A stretch of 64,000 nucleotides of DNA from NCBI RefSeq assembly GCF_009914755.1, contig NC_060934.1; one strand, given 5' to 3'. Made by a program: the position numbers and the translations under genes. Every line of letters begins with the position of its first letter. Position 1 is the stretch's first letter. The notes under the pieces were generated by a model. It made no database searches. It worked only from the letters and a program-made list of their open reading frames with translations, and was not told the origin of the DNA. Origin of the DNA: the human T2T-CHM13v2.0 reference genome, Homo sapiens. This document shows, one piece after another, positions 19,441-31,843 of the stretch.

Positions 19441-20872
19441 ACCATTTTTGGTTTATTTTTTGAGGCATCTTCCTGGAGCTATCTGTAAAATATCATTACA
19501 GCACATTGAGACTGTTAAAATACTTGTACTTTTATTCACATGGGTTTTTATCATTTACTAAACAATTGTCTAAGTTTGCAAATAGTTGTATTTATAATCG
19601 TACCATTGTTTAAATGTTTTTGGACTCTCGATATTGTTGTCAAAGTCTGTATGTATCCTTTATAGACTCCTCAGGATGGCTGACTATAAGATCATAAACA
19701 TATGTTTATTAACAAACATATGAATATAAATAAACATACATATGGGAATCTGACTTTTGAAATCCTTCAGAATTCATTCAGAAATAACTACAGTGAATAA
19801 GGCAGTGAAATAACTTTATCGAATGCCTTTATTTTATCAGACAGTCTTCTCTAAGGCAAATACATACTCACACAATTACATTTAATTCACAGAGCAGTCC
19901 TATGACATAGGCGGTTTTATCCCTGTTGTACCATTGGGTCTCATTAAGCTTAGTTAACTTGTATAAAATAACCTAGTTGTTATATGGGAGATTACAACCA
20001 AGATCTCCTTAAATGGTATAGATGATGCTAAATTAAAACTGAAACGCAATATTAACTGAATCATTAACTCAGTGGAAAAGCAAATTATTAAGCTGCAGTT
20101 TGTTTCTCAAAAAATTCACATATAAAATTTCAGAAACAATTCAAAATTTATATCTAAGAATTCTTCTTCCCAAATAAGTTGAAATTTACATGAGCAGTGC
20201 CATTGATACAGCATATGCAAATCAGGCTTATTTTTATTTGTCATCCTAACATGCCTGCCATCTTGCATCTCAGATATAAAGATATTTCCAGTATACACCT
20301 TGATGATTTTTTTTATCACTGGTTACTATCTTCTTAAAAAATACATTATTTCCTGCAGATTTTGTTGCAAGAGTAAAGCAAATCTTAAATATTCACTACT
20401 TGCTCTTCATCATCCCAAGCATGTAATGTACTCAGAAACTTTCTTCTTAGTTTCTCTTTCAAAATGTCTTTTTATGCATATACATTTTAGTCATCACTTT
20501 CCACCTAATCATTAGTTTTTAATATCTGACTTCTTTAAACATCTTGTATACGTTAAAAGCCTTTTCTCTTTATATATTTTTGCTTAAACTCCTTTTTCAT
20601 GCAATGTGTTTTACTCATCAGCTTCATTTAGTATATAATTTGTTCTTGTAGTAAATAGAAAACACTTTTTTGCACTACGGCTGCTAGACCAGTATTGACT
20701 AAATAACCTTAAAAAAATCAACTTCTGCATGTTGAAACTTAATCCTGGGCATATTCCAGTCATATAAGACTAGGATGAGAGACTGATTATCTTGTATGTT
20801 TTTGTTAGCCTATATCTAAGAAGTTTGTGTATTAAGAATGAAATATGCCATTTTTGGAGAGAAACATAACTA

Positions 20873-21318
20873 CAGTTGACCCTTGAACCCCCTGAGGTAT
20901 AGAGGCACCAACCCCGCATGTAGTCGAAAATCTGCGTATATCTTTTTACTCTCCCTGAACTTAACTACTAATAGGATACTGTTGGCCAGAAACCTTACCA
21001 ATAACATAAACAGTTGATTCACATATATTTTGTATGTTATATACATTATATATTGTATTCTTGACAGTAAAGTAAGCTAGAGAAAAGAAAATGTATTAAG
21101 AAAATAATAAGGAAGAGAAAATATATTTAGTATTCATTAAGTAGAAGTGGAAATGGATCGTCATAAAGGTCTTCATTCTCAACGTCATCATGTTGAGTAG
21201 ACTGAGGATGAGGAAGAGGAGGGGTTGGTCTTCCTGTCTCAGAGGTGGCACAGGTAGAAAAAAATTCACATATGAGTGGACTTGCATAGCTCAAACCTGT
21301 GTTGTATAGGGTCATCTG
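20873..21318. mobile_element. Tigger2-family (Tigger2a-like, TcMar) non-autonomous DNA transposon
   Basis: ta|cagttgacccttgaac ... agggtcatctg|ta: terminal inverted repeats with TA target duplication. Confidence 0.85.
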
Positions 21319-21569
21319 TATATCAATCTAATTATTTAATATGTAAGTATACATCATGTGAAAAACATGTTGAAGATCAAGGATTAAAACAAAGAAACTC
21401 TCTGAACATTGGTTTACATTTTTTTTGGCCCAATAGTGGAAATACTGCATGTTCATTCTAGAAAAGAGATAAATAAAAATAAAAATAAAAATTACTAATT
21501 TTTCTACCTAGAGAAAATTGTTGCTAAATTGTACTAGTTTTCCAGTCATTTATTTATGTATTGATACTC

Positions 21570-21868
21570 TGTGTTAGGGTGAGTAATGCACCCCGAAAGA
21601 TGTCTACATCCTCCCCAGAACCTGTGATACATACTTACCTTAAATGATAAGAAGGAGTTACATATGCTTAAACTAAGGATTTTCAGAGAGACTATTCTGG
21701 ACTATCCTGGTATACTCAGTGTAATAACAAGTATTCTTATGAAAGGGAAGCGGAGGAAATTTGACTACAGTAGTAGGAGATGTGATGATGGAAGCAAGTG
21801 GAGAGATGTGAAGGAAGGGACCATGAGCCAACAAATGAGGACAGGCTTTGGAAGCTGGAAAAGGCAAC
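21570..21868 (+). mobile_element. MLT1-type MaLR LTR fragment
   Basis: aaagatgtctacatcctccccagaacctgtga...gactattctggactatcctgg...ggaagctggaaaaggcaa. Confidence 0.7.
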
Positions 21869-21899
21869 TTTTACCATACATTGATTATTCTTATATGAA

Positions 21900-22355
21900 A
21901 GAATTATTATTAATGTGTTTACCAAATGATGATTTTCTATTTCATCATTTGTTTTACATTATTAACTGTAAGGGAGAGCTGTTCCTTCTCCTTCCTCATT
22001 AATTTGTTTAATTATTTATTTATATCGGTATGAACTCATGGATATCTATTTAATTTTATGATTTATAAGAAATTACTGTCGTTATTTATTTTGTAGCTGA
22101 AATTGTTCCAGATCTGGTCATTAAGATCCCCCTCAATTTGGCTTCTGTGTTTTTTAACATAACTCCATCATTTGTTGAGTGCATCCTTATTTTCTAGCAC
22201 TACAAGATATTTCGGGCTTACCTTGTACTTTCCCTCTTCCATCCCTGAAATCAACTAGTTCCCATTTCCCCAAGATGCCATGGTTTCTTATATTGGAGAA
22301 TAATATTTAGAAACCAAAACTGGGGATTATATATGCTCATTGGTTCTGGGGTTTT
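21900..22355 (-). mobile_element. L1MC-type 3' fragment
   Basis: ctcatggatatctattt...tgaaattgttccagatctgg...atatttagaaaccaaaactgggg. Confidence 0.6.
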
Positions 22356-24277
22356 ATTCTTTCTTTCTTTTAAAAATTTTATGGGTTTCCTGACCCATGC
22401 ACTAGGGTATAACAATGGTATTACCCGATACCTTGTCATTAATAACATCACCTATGAAATACCAAATTCAAATATCTTACACCTTTAGTCCTTCTTGCTC
22501 ACTAAGTACCAATGCCATAATTATTCAAACTCATTGAAATTTGTAATTCATTAACCCTACTTGTTTTCTCATTTTCACCCTTTCCTAGTGCCCTGCTGTC
22601 TTCTTTTATACCCTTAACCATGTGAGGTTTTATGCCATTATAGTTATCAGTCCTTAGCTAAAACTGCATATTTTCTTCCCACTCCTGTTTCTTCTATCTA
22701 CTTGTGTAGCAAAATCCAAACTGGTTAATCCAACTCTTCACTACTCTGTGTCTGAACTTTCTTCACCCTCACGTTGCTGGGGGGAAAAAAAAATCATATA
22801 GCTGTGTTGACTGTTTGGTCTTGAGCTTTATCAAAGGAAAATGCAAAACTACCTGGTGTTTTTCCTGCATTTCCTTTATAATACTCTCCAAATAAGTGTT
22901 TTAAAACTTCATCTCTATTCTCAAACCTTTATCTGCACCAGCTAATAATTTTACCTCCTACTTCATTGAGAAAATATAAGCAAATAGATGCGAATGTTCC
23001 CATTTTTTTTTACCACCACAATCACCAAACTTTTTTGCACCTATACTTATTTTCTCTGCCTTTAGTTTATTATCGAGGAAAGAATAACTCTGTTCCTAAC
23101 AAAAGCCTATTTTTCAATTTGTTTTGCTCTAAATTTTATACCTTTAACTCTTTAAGGGACTTTGCTCTTCCATTTCTGCTTTATCAACAGTTGCTTAGAC
23201 TCTACTGGACCAATTTCCTTAGCACACATATACATGTTTTAATATATCTTATGTTAAAAATAAAATTTTTCTACTCCCCTTATACTTCTCCAACTATTGC
23301 ACCATTTCTGTATTTTCTTTCAGATCAACCCTTCTCAAAATAGTTGCCTAAACTTGTCACCAAATCCTTACCACCCATTTCCTCTTCAATCCCCACAACT
23401 CCATAGACATTGCTTTTCTAAGGAAACATACCACAGAGTCGAACAGTTGAAACAGTCTATTTCTTGACTTTCCTATCATACTTTCCAATTTTTCCTACTC
23501 TGTCACTGACTGCACCTTTTTAGTCTTTTTTACTTTTTTTTCCACTTGACCTTATCAGTTCCCATAGTTTTAAGAAGCATCTAAATTTTGATGTTCCAAA
23601 ACTTGTAGTTTTGATCACTTTTCTGAGCTGCAAACTGATTTCTCTGACTTTCTGTTTGATATCATCATTTAGATATTTTATTAGAAAGTCATATTCAGTA
23701 TTTTCAAAACAGAACTCTAAGTTTTTCCTCATTTTATAAAACTTCATTCTTTACTCAGACTTCCTCATTTCAGTAAATGTACATAATGCCTATATACTTG
23801 CTTTTGTCAAATATCTGAAAGCCTTCTTTGATTCCTGATTCCAAAGACTTCTTTGAGCCCCCCTCTCTGATACCTTTCCTTTCTCAACCCTTACTTTGTG
23901 AGGGTGTTTAGTACTTCAGTTGGATTTCCTTATACAATATATCCCAAAGATATATATCTTTCTCTCTTCTACTTCTCCCACCCTGTCCAAGGCACTGTCA
24001 TTTTGACTCTGGTCCTTTTTAGAAGCTTCCTTGTGTAGTTTTCCCATTTTCAGTTTTAATTTTCTTCAGACATTCTCCAATCGGCCACCAGGGTGACATT
24101 TAAAAATTAAAAATCAGACCATCTCACTACCCAGCTTGAGATCTTTCATGGTTTTCCATGATGTGGCCCTTACCTGCTTTCTGACTTTATCTCTTACAAC
24201 CCTCCACAAATCATTCTAAGCACAGTGGAATTATTTTTTTTTCCTCAAACAGCGCAGCTTCATTTTCATTTGTGTTT

Positions 24278-24279
<2 letters not shown>

Positions 24280-24318
<39 letters not shown>

Positions 24319-24330
24319 ATGTGTGTGTGT
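24280..24330. repeat. (CT)n(GT)n compound microsatellite
   Basis: Read directly from the sequence. Confidence 0.95.
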
Positions 24331-24477
24331 AAACAATCAGGAACTTTTTCACTGTAAACAATCAGGAACTTTTTCACTGATTGTTTACATGATTTGCTTC
24401 TCATTTTTCATTTATCATTTCAGATGTTGTTTCCTTTTGTGTGCCTTTTGTAAAGCAATCTTCTCTGAACCTGTAAT

Positions 24478-24696
24478 AGGGATTGGTAAGCTTTTGCTGT
24501 AAAGGGCCAAATAATAGATATTTTAGGCATGACAGGCCAGATGGTCTCTGTTGTTCCTACTAAACTCTGCCACTGTAGTAGACAAGCAACCATAGACAAT
24601 ATGTAAATGATTGGTTGCGGCTGTGTTATCATAAACTATCTACAGAAACAGGCTGTGGACCAGATTTGGTCTGTGGGCAGTAATTTGTAACACCTA
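24478..24696. mobile_element. MER58A (hAT-Charlie)
   Basis: ctgtaaagggccaaataatagatattttaggc...caaccatagacaatatgtaaatga...ccagatttggtctgtgggcagtaatttg. Confidence 0.85.
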
Positions 24697-26717
24697 TTCC
24701 AAAACATTACCTTGCGATCTTCATAGCATATATCACTCTCTTAAAATGTCTTGTTTATTTGTGTGATTATTTTTGGCTTTCTCTTCTATTAATAGAATGC
24801 AAACTCCATAGGAACAAGGCCTTTGATTCCTCACTTCTATCTGTCTATAATTCTGATTGGAATTTTATTAATTTAAAAGATTAATCTGAGGAGAACATAT
24901 ATATATTTTCTTAAGTATTAAAATTTAGAATGCTCCTTAGCAGTCTATTTATCATGTATAGTTACATCTTCTTTTATGACCTAAAATAGATTTTGTAGTT
25001 TTGTAAATTAAATTTTTTGTAGTTTTGTAAATTAATATTTAGTTTATTTCTGGGATTTCATTTGGTTTGGAGATTTTTATTAGTTTGCTATTCAGAATGG
25101 AATTTTTAAACCATTACATTTTCTGTTGAATGTAAAACCTCTATTGATGTAAAAGAAAAGCTATTGATGATTATATGTGTTTAAATTTTTGCATTTTTTT
25201 GGTGATTTGATATCATCAAATTATTCTGTTGATGATTTATAGTGATGCCATTAATGACAAATTTTTGGTCTCAAAGTCTATAATTGAAATAAATGTAATT
25301 ACACCTGTTTCTTTTGATTAGCATTTGCCTGATGTGTCTCCCTTCATCCTTTCAGTCTGTGGGCTCTCTTTTTATAGGCATATCTCTTAAAAATAGAAGA
25401 CTTTGATTTTGCTGTTTTCTAATCTGTACATTTTTGTGATTAATGATGAGTTGAATCCATTTATTTTTGGTGTTATTATTCATATCTGAATCTATTTATA
25501 CCATTTTAATTTTTTATTTTGTATTTTTACTTTTTATATATTTGTTTTTAAGCCTTTTATAGCTTTTTTGGAAGGGGAAACATACTGATATCCCCCTCCT
25601 ATAAGATAAGGATTTTAGCATTCTGTAACTTTTTTTGAAATTCTTTTATAAAACCACAGTGTTTTGATATTCTCTAGACTTTCTATTCTTGGTTATTATG
25701 GATACGCATGTTTCTTTGGACATCGCAATTTTTACAAAGATAACAAATTCACCAAGGTATTTTATCAGCCCCATCTCCGTATCCCTTGATATATTTTTTG
25801 CTACACATTCTGTATTTATCTCTTCTCTTTTTAAGTCTTTAATCAAAAATTGTTTTAACGGAAGTCTGCATGTCAAAGCTTCTGAATTCTCTATGCCTCA
25901 GAGTATTTATTATTCCTTCCTATTTGAGTGTATGCAACTAATAAAGTAGACTTAATATGTGGAGCAAAAATTGATTAAACTACAATAAAAAATTAAACAT
26001 ACCTCTTTAGAGTATTTCTAGATCAAGCAGACAAAATTCAGAAAGAATATCAAAGATCTGAAGAACACAGTTAATAGAAATATGAATTATAGCCATAAAG
26101 ATTTAAAAGAGGATTTAAATTTGCATTTATTTTACAGATGATATAATTGTTTCCATAAGAAATCGAAGTGTCTACAGGCAAATTATTAGAAATAACAGGA
26201 ATGTTTGTCAGGTTGTTGGATACAAAATTAATATTAAATTGCCTTCTTAGACATGTTCCTCTACCAGCTGTTAGGGCTAACTAGATAGTTACAGTAATTA
26301 AGGCAGTGTAGAGTTGTTTTTCTTTTGTTTTTTGGTGCAGGGATAGGCATAGTCACTGAAGTAATAAGATAATCTCCAAATAAAAGGTATAGGTATTTAT
26401 ATATTAATATTTAAGTCATATCTGGCTACATTACTGAATTGTTTATTATTTAATAGCTTTTTAGTTGTTTTATATTAATTTCTTGGTAAACTGATTCTAG
26501 GCAGAAAAAGACAACTTTGTTTTCTTTTTAAAAATATTCATATTTCTGTATAATTATATTTTTGTAATTTACCTCTGTCATCTATTCACCTTTTTTCTTT
26601 GCCATTTTTGTATTTGTATTTGTCTCTTAGTTGTAATGTGTGTGTGAGTTGATTTTTTTTTTCAAAACTGATATGTAGATTATGTCCTTTTAGGACACCT
26701 GTTTACCTGAAATTATT

Positions 26718-27039
<322 letters not shown>

Positions 27040-27154
27040 TGAAATTATTATTATATTGTTCTTGAATGGGGACAGCATTGCTGAGTATATATTTTCCATA
27101 AATATTACTTCTTTTTTTTATTTTGACATTTATTTCTGCTTAAGAGCACTTGGC

Positions 27155-27437
27155 TGCTGGGCAAAATGGCTTATGCCTGTAATCCTAGCACTTTGGGAGA
27201 CTGAGACGGGTAGATCACCTGAGGTCAGGAGTTTGAGACCAGCCTGGCCAACATGGCAAAACCCCATCTCTACTAAAAATACAAAAACAATTAGCAGGAT
27301 GTGGGGGCACACGCCTGTAATCCCAGTTACTCAGGAGCTGAGGCACAAGAATTGCTTGAACCTGGGAGGCAGAGGCTGCAGTGAGCCAAGAGTGTGCCAC
27401 TGCACTCCAGCCTGGGTGACAGAGTGAGATTTCGCCT

Positions 27438-27468
<31 letters not shown>
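27155..27468 (+). mobile_element. Alu (AluS) with long A-tail
   Basis: Alu dimer with a pure poly-A of about 30 nt; degenerate TSD ending cttggc on both sides. Confidence 0.94.
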
Positions 27469-27469
<1 letters not shown>

Positions 27470-27512
27470 CCTTGGCATGTTGCCTAATCCTACTCTGTAA
27501 ATAACTCATTTG

Positions 27513-27514
<2 letters not shown>

Positions 27515-27561
<47 letters not shown>
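27515..27561. repeat. (GT)n microsatellite
   Basis: Uninterrupted GT run of about 23 units. Confidence 0.97.
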
Positions 27562-27563
<2 letters not shown>

Positions 27564-27597
27564 ACTTACCTACATGGACATGCCTGGATGTCTGTAA

Positions 27598-28100
27598 TTT
27601 TTTTTAACAATAACTTCATAGAGATATATTCACAAACCATAAAAGTCACCATTTTAAAGTGTACAATTCAGTAGCTTTTAGTATATTATACACAGTTGTG
27701 CAACGATCTGCACCATCTAATTTTGGAACATTTTTATCGCTCCAGAAAGAAAGCTGTACATGTCAGCAGTCACTTATCATTCTTTTTTCACCAGCTAGTG
27801 GCTACCATTTATCTTCTTTTTGTCTGTATGGATTTGTCTATTTTGTTATGTCCAAATCTGTATGGATTTGTCTATTTTGGACATAACAAAATAAATCAGT
27901 CTTTTGTGACTGATTTCTTTCATTAGCACAGTATTTTTGAAGTTTATTCATGTTATAGCAGAAATCATTACTTTATTTCTTTTTATGACAAAATAATATT
28001 TTATTGTGTGAACATATCACATTTTGTTTACCATTCAGTTGAGGTACATGGGTTGTTTTTACATTTTGGCTAATTTGAATAATATTGGTGTAATATAATA
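27598..28100 (-). mobile_element. L1ME/L1MB-type 3' end
   Basis: caccattttaaagtgtacaattcagtagcttttagtatatt...gttgtgcaac; cttttgtgactgatttctttcattagca. Confidence 0.72.
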
Positions 28101-30830
28101 TGCTTTTTATATTTATACAAGATACTTCCTTTAAATATTTAGGTTTTCTTCATCAACAGATTTTTTTCTTTATTTAATATATGTGCTACCCTTCAACTCA
28201 TTATGATCTCTGCTTTAACTACATTAGTCATGCATACACTGAATTTTTCTGTGTATCATTTCTCTTGAGTGATTTTCATCTCTATTTCTATTTTGGGAGG
28301 CTTTTTCGTATTTGACCTACATAGCACTATTTCAGTCTTATGTTGTATTAATTATTCTGTTTTCTGATTCTCGTATTAACTTTTTAAATTTTGCCATTAC
28401 ATTATTACTTTTTTGTTCTTCCTTTTGTAATTTATTTAGCTCTCTTTTTATTGTAATCTTTGGTGTTATTATCTCATCTTTCATCTTTAATTTTGTGGAG
28501 TCAGTGTTTTTTAGATTTTATTTTCTCTTGACATGTTCCCCATGGGTATTTTAAATAGCTAAAAAAACTCTGTATTTATATTAATTGTATCTACTTCATC
28601 TGTTGTTGTCAAATTGAGATTTTGCTCTTTTTCTCTTCTTACCATTGCAAGTCAAAATAATGTAAGAAAAGCAAAAATGTTTACTACTTTTCCTATGTTT
28701 TTGTTTTTATGATTTAAAAAACATATGCAATTGGAATTTGGAGCCTGAAGTATGAATGGTTTTGTATTCTCCTGAAGCTCTACGAAGCTCATACAAAAAG
28801 TGAGAAGTGTAAATAAGAGAGGTCTTTCTTTATATCTATTTTACCTATTTTTATAAACTATTTTTATATAAAATTGGGAAATTAATTGTGGATCTCCGAT
28901 TTTCTTGGATTTATGAGAGGTGGTTTGCTTGGATTTATGAAAGGTGGTTTGCTGATTGTTCGCCAAAATATTTAAAAGCAGATACATATATCATTTAAAG
29001 TGGTTCTAACCTCTGGGCTCAGTCTTTAAAATCAAAAGGTTGATTTATAGATACTTACAGCTTTGATTCTTCAAGCCTTGAAATACAGCTATTTAGTATT
29101 TTTTTCTATTAACAAAGTTTTCCAAAAGGTGTTCCTAGCATATTTAAACATAAAGAATAGTTTATCTTTTTTTAAGTTATGGAAATTTAAAATGTGTTAA
29201 AAAGTATAGTATATATACTTCTATTCATGTAGTATATATATTTCATAGTATATAGAATATACTTAAAAATTGTGTACCTGTTACCAAGCTTTAATAAAGC
29301 TTAACGCCTTGCTCTATTTGCTTTGGATTTTTTAAAAAGAAAGTAAACATCACAGATAGAGTTGATTTTTTTTGTGTCTTTTTTTAGATAGAGCCACCAA
29401 ACTGTATTTTGTTTTGTCCTTATTATGCTAATGTTATTTGTTTGCAATATATATAATAATCAATATTTATTGAGTACTTTATATATGTCAAACAGTTATA
29501 AGTACCTTTAATTTGTTAGCTCACTTAATCATCCATAAAAATTAATACTATACCACATTATTTAAAATATATAAAAATTACATACTCTGTGAATCCTACA
29601 AATTGCTTTTATGTGCAACATATTTGAGATTTATCAATGCTAATATATGCAGCCATAGTGCATTTATTTTAGTTATGTAGAATATTTCTACAGGTATAAC
29701 ATTTATTTCCCCATTCTCCTTTTGATGCACATCTAAGTTGTACTTAATTTTTCAAAATAATATATAATTCTGGAATTAAAATCCTTACACATTTCTACTT
29801 GAACTGGAAGTTCTTTGAGATATACAAGTAGAAGTGGAATTGTAGATTTATTAGATTTTTCCAAATTACACTGCAAATATTTATATTAATTTATGCTCCA
29901 TCATGGTATACAATAATTTTCTTCCACTTCCTCACCAACATTTTATGTTTTTAGTCTCTTTAATATTTGCCAATCTGATGGTTTTGAAATACTATCTTGT
30001 TTTTACTTGCATTTTCTTTATGACTAATTGAAACAATATCATTTTACATATTTATTGTGTATTTAAGTTTCTCTTCTTTGAATTGTTGCTCTTATTCTTT
30101 GTCTTTTTCTTATTTTGTAGTTTGTCTTTTTCATATTGTTGGCATTTTCTTATTGATTTATACTAGTTTTAATGTAATAAATTCTGGATATTAATTTTTT
30201 GTTCATTATTGATACAGCAAATATCTTCTCATAGTCTATGACTTGGCTCTTGATCTTTGTTAAAAATGACATTTATACATTCTTCTCTTTGCTACATGGC
30301 ACCTACCCTAAACTCGAATATCAACCACATAATTGGATATAAAACAATCCTCAGCAAATGCAAAAGAACTGAAATCATAACAAACACACTCTTGGACCAT
30401 GTGAAAATAGCAGTCAGGACAAAGAAAATTGCTCAAGAAATTAAATAACGTGCTCTGGAATGACTTTTGGATAAATAATGAAATTAAGGGAGAAATCAAG
30501 AAGTTCTTTGAAAATAATGAGAACAAAGCTAAAACATACCAGAATCTCTGGGATATAGCTAAGGCAGTGTTAAGAGGGAAATTCAAAGGGCTAAATGCCC
30601 ACATCAAAAAGTTAGAAAGATCTCAAATTAACAACATAACATCACAACTGAAATAATTAGAGAAGCAAGAACAAATCAACCCCAAAGTTAGCAGAAGACA
30701 AGAAATAACCGAAATTAGAGCTGAACTGAAGGAAATCAAGACGCACACAAAAAAAAAACATTTAAAAGATAAACAAATCTAGGAGTTGGTTTTTTGAAAA
30801 TATTAATAAGATATGTTGCAAGCTAGACTT

Positions 30831-30887
30831 ATTTTTGCAGTTGAAAGTAATGGCAAAAACTGCAATTACTTTTGCTCCAATGTAATA
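30831..30887. mobile_element. MADE1 (Hsmar1-derived MITE), left end missing
   Basis: tttttgcagttgaaagtaatggcaaaaactgcaattacttttgctccaatgtaata matches the right part of the ~80-bp MADE1 consensus. Confidence 0.8.
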
Positions 30888-30896
30888 GCGTGCCAA

Positions 30897-30898
30897 CC

Positions 30899-30939
<41 letters not shown>
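30897..30939. repeat. (CAA)n trinucleotide repeat
   Basis: About 14 units, grown from the A-run following L1 ccaacc. Confidence 0.95.
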
Positions 30940-31066
30940 GCATAGGTCCTGATGAATTCACAGATGAATTCAACCAAGTGTACAAAGAAGAGCTGGTACT
31001 ATTCCTACGGAAACTATTCCAAAAAGTTGAGGAGAAGGGACCCCTCCCCATATTATTCTATGATAC

Positions 31067-31843
31067 TCATATGGACAGGAGGCAGGGAAACACTGGGTAG
31101 AAGAGGGCAGTCCCTGGGAGGGCCCCACCCTCAAGCCTGGAACAGTAGCCCAAAGGGAGAAATTTCTATCACCATATTTCTGCTCGAATGTTGCCTTTTC
31201 CAAAATCGCCCTGGCCCACCCCACTCCCCTGATTCTGTACCCATAAAAACCACAGGCTCCACTGGCAGAGGTGCTGCAGAAAAGGAGAGAAGAGAAGAAG
31301 CAGCCAGACATTGGAGAGAAGCAGCTTGACTTCAGAGGGATGGCTTGACGGGGAATATCAGAGGAGAGCTTGGCTGGGGAGAGCAAGACTCCGGGGAAAG
31401 ACCACCTTCTCACCTCATATTCTTTCCACCTCCCCTTCCCACTGCAAGCCACTTTCATTGGCAATAAAATCCTCCATATTCACCACCCTCCAATTTGTTC
31501 ATGCAACCTGATTCTTCCTGGATGCTGAACAAGAGCTCAGGAGCCATGGGTATGGACACTTGAGCTATTTAACACTTAAGCCTTCCGTGGATGGCAAAGC
31601 TAAGAAGACACTGTAACACATGCCCTCTGGGGCTTCAGGGGTTGTGGGTACCCCCCAGACACTGCCATGGGGCTGCACAGAGTTTTGCTTCTGCCGGCAC
31701 CCAGAAGCATTCATCCCAGTTGCTGCACCTGCTCACTTGCATGCTCCTCCTCCCACAAGGGGTTATTTAAGAGCTGTGGGCTGAGTAAGTGAGGCACCCC
31801 TTTTGTGAGACCCATGAAGGGTCAGGGAAAATGTTCTGTTTCA
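31067..31843 (+). mobile_element. ERV1 solo LTR (LTR1/LTR27/LTR28 group)
   Basis: Starts t(c)atatggacaggaggcagggaaacactgggtagaagaggg and ends ...tgtttca; 4-bp TSD atac/atgc; AATAAA at about 31463; L1 ORF2 resumes exactly afterwards. Confidence 0.85.

Larger units (their letters stand above)
22450..24840 (+). mobile_element. Dispersed L2 fragments
   Basis: CT-rich L2-like text, e.g. ttcctcatttcagtaaatg, tctacttctcccaccctgtccaaggcactgtca, tagaatgcaaactccataggaacaagg. Confidence 0.5.

Noticed and set aside
30762-31100. Poly-Cys, poly-Thr and poly-Val peptides
   Set aside because: Translations of the (CAA)n microsatellite.
30970-31464. Longest ORF in the track (164 aa, minus strand)
   Set aside because: Chance ORF spanning an LTR/L1 junction, with no recognisable protein features.
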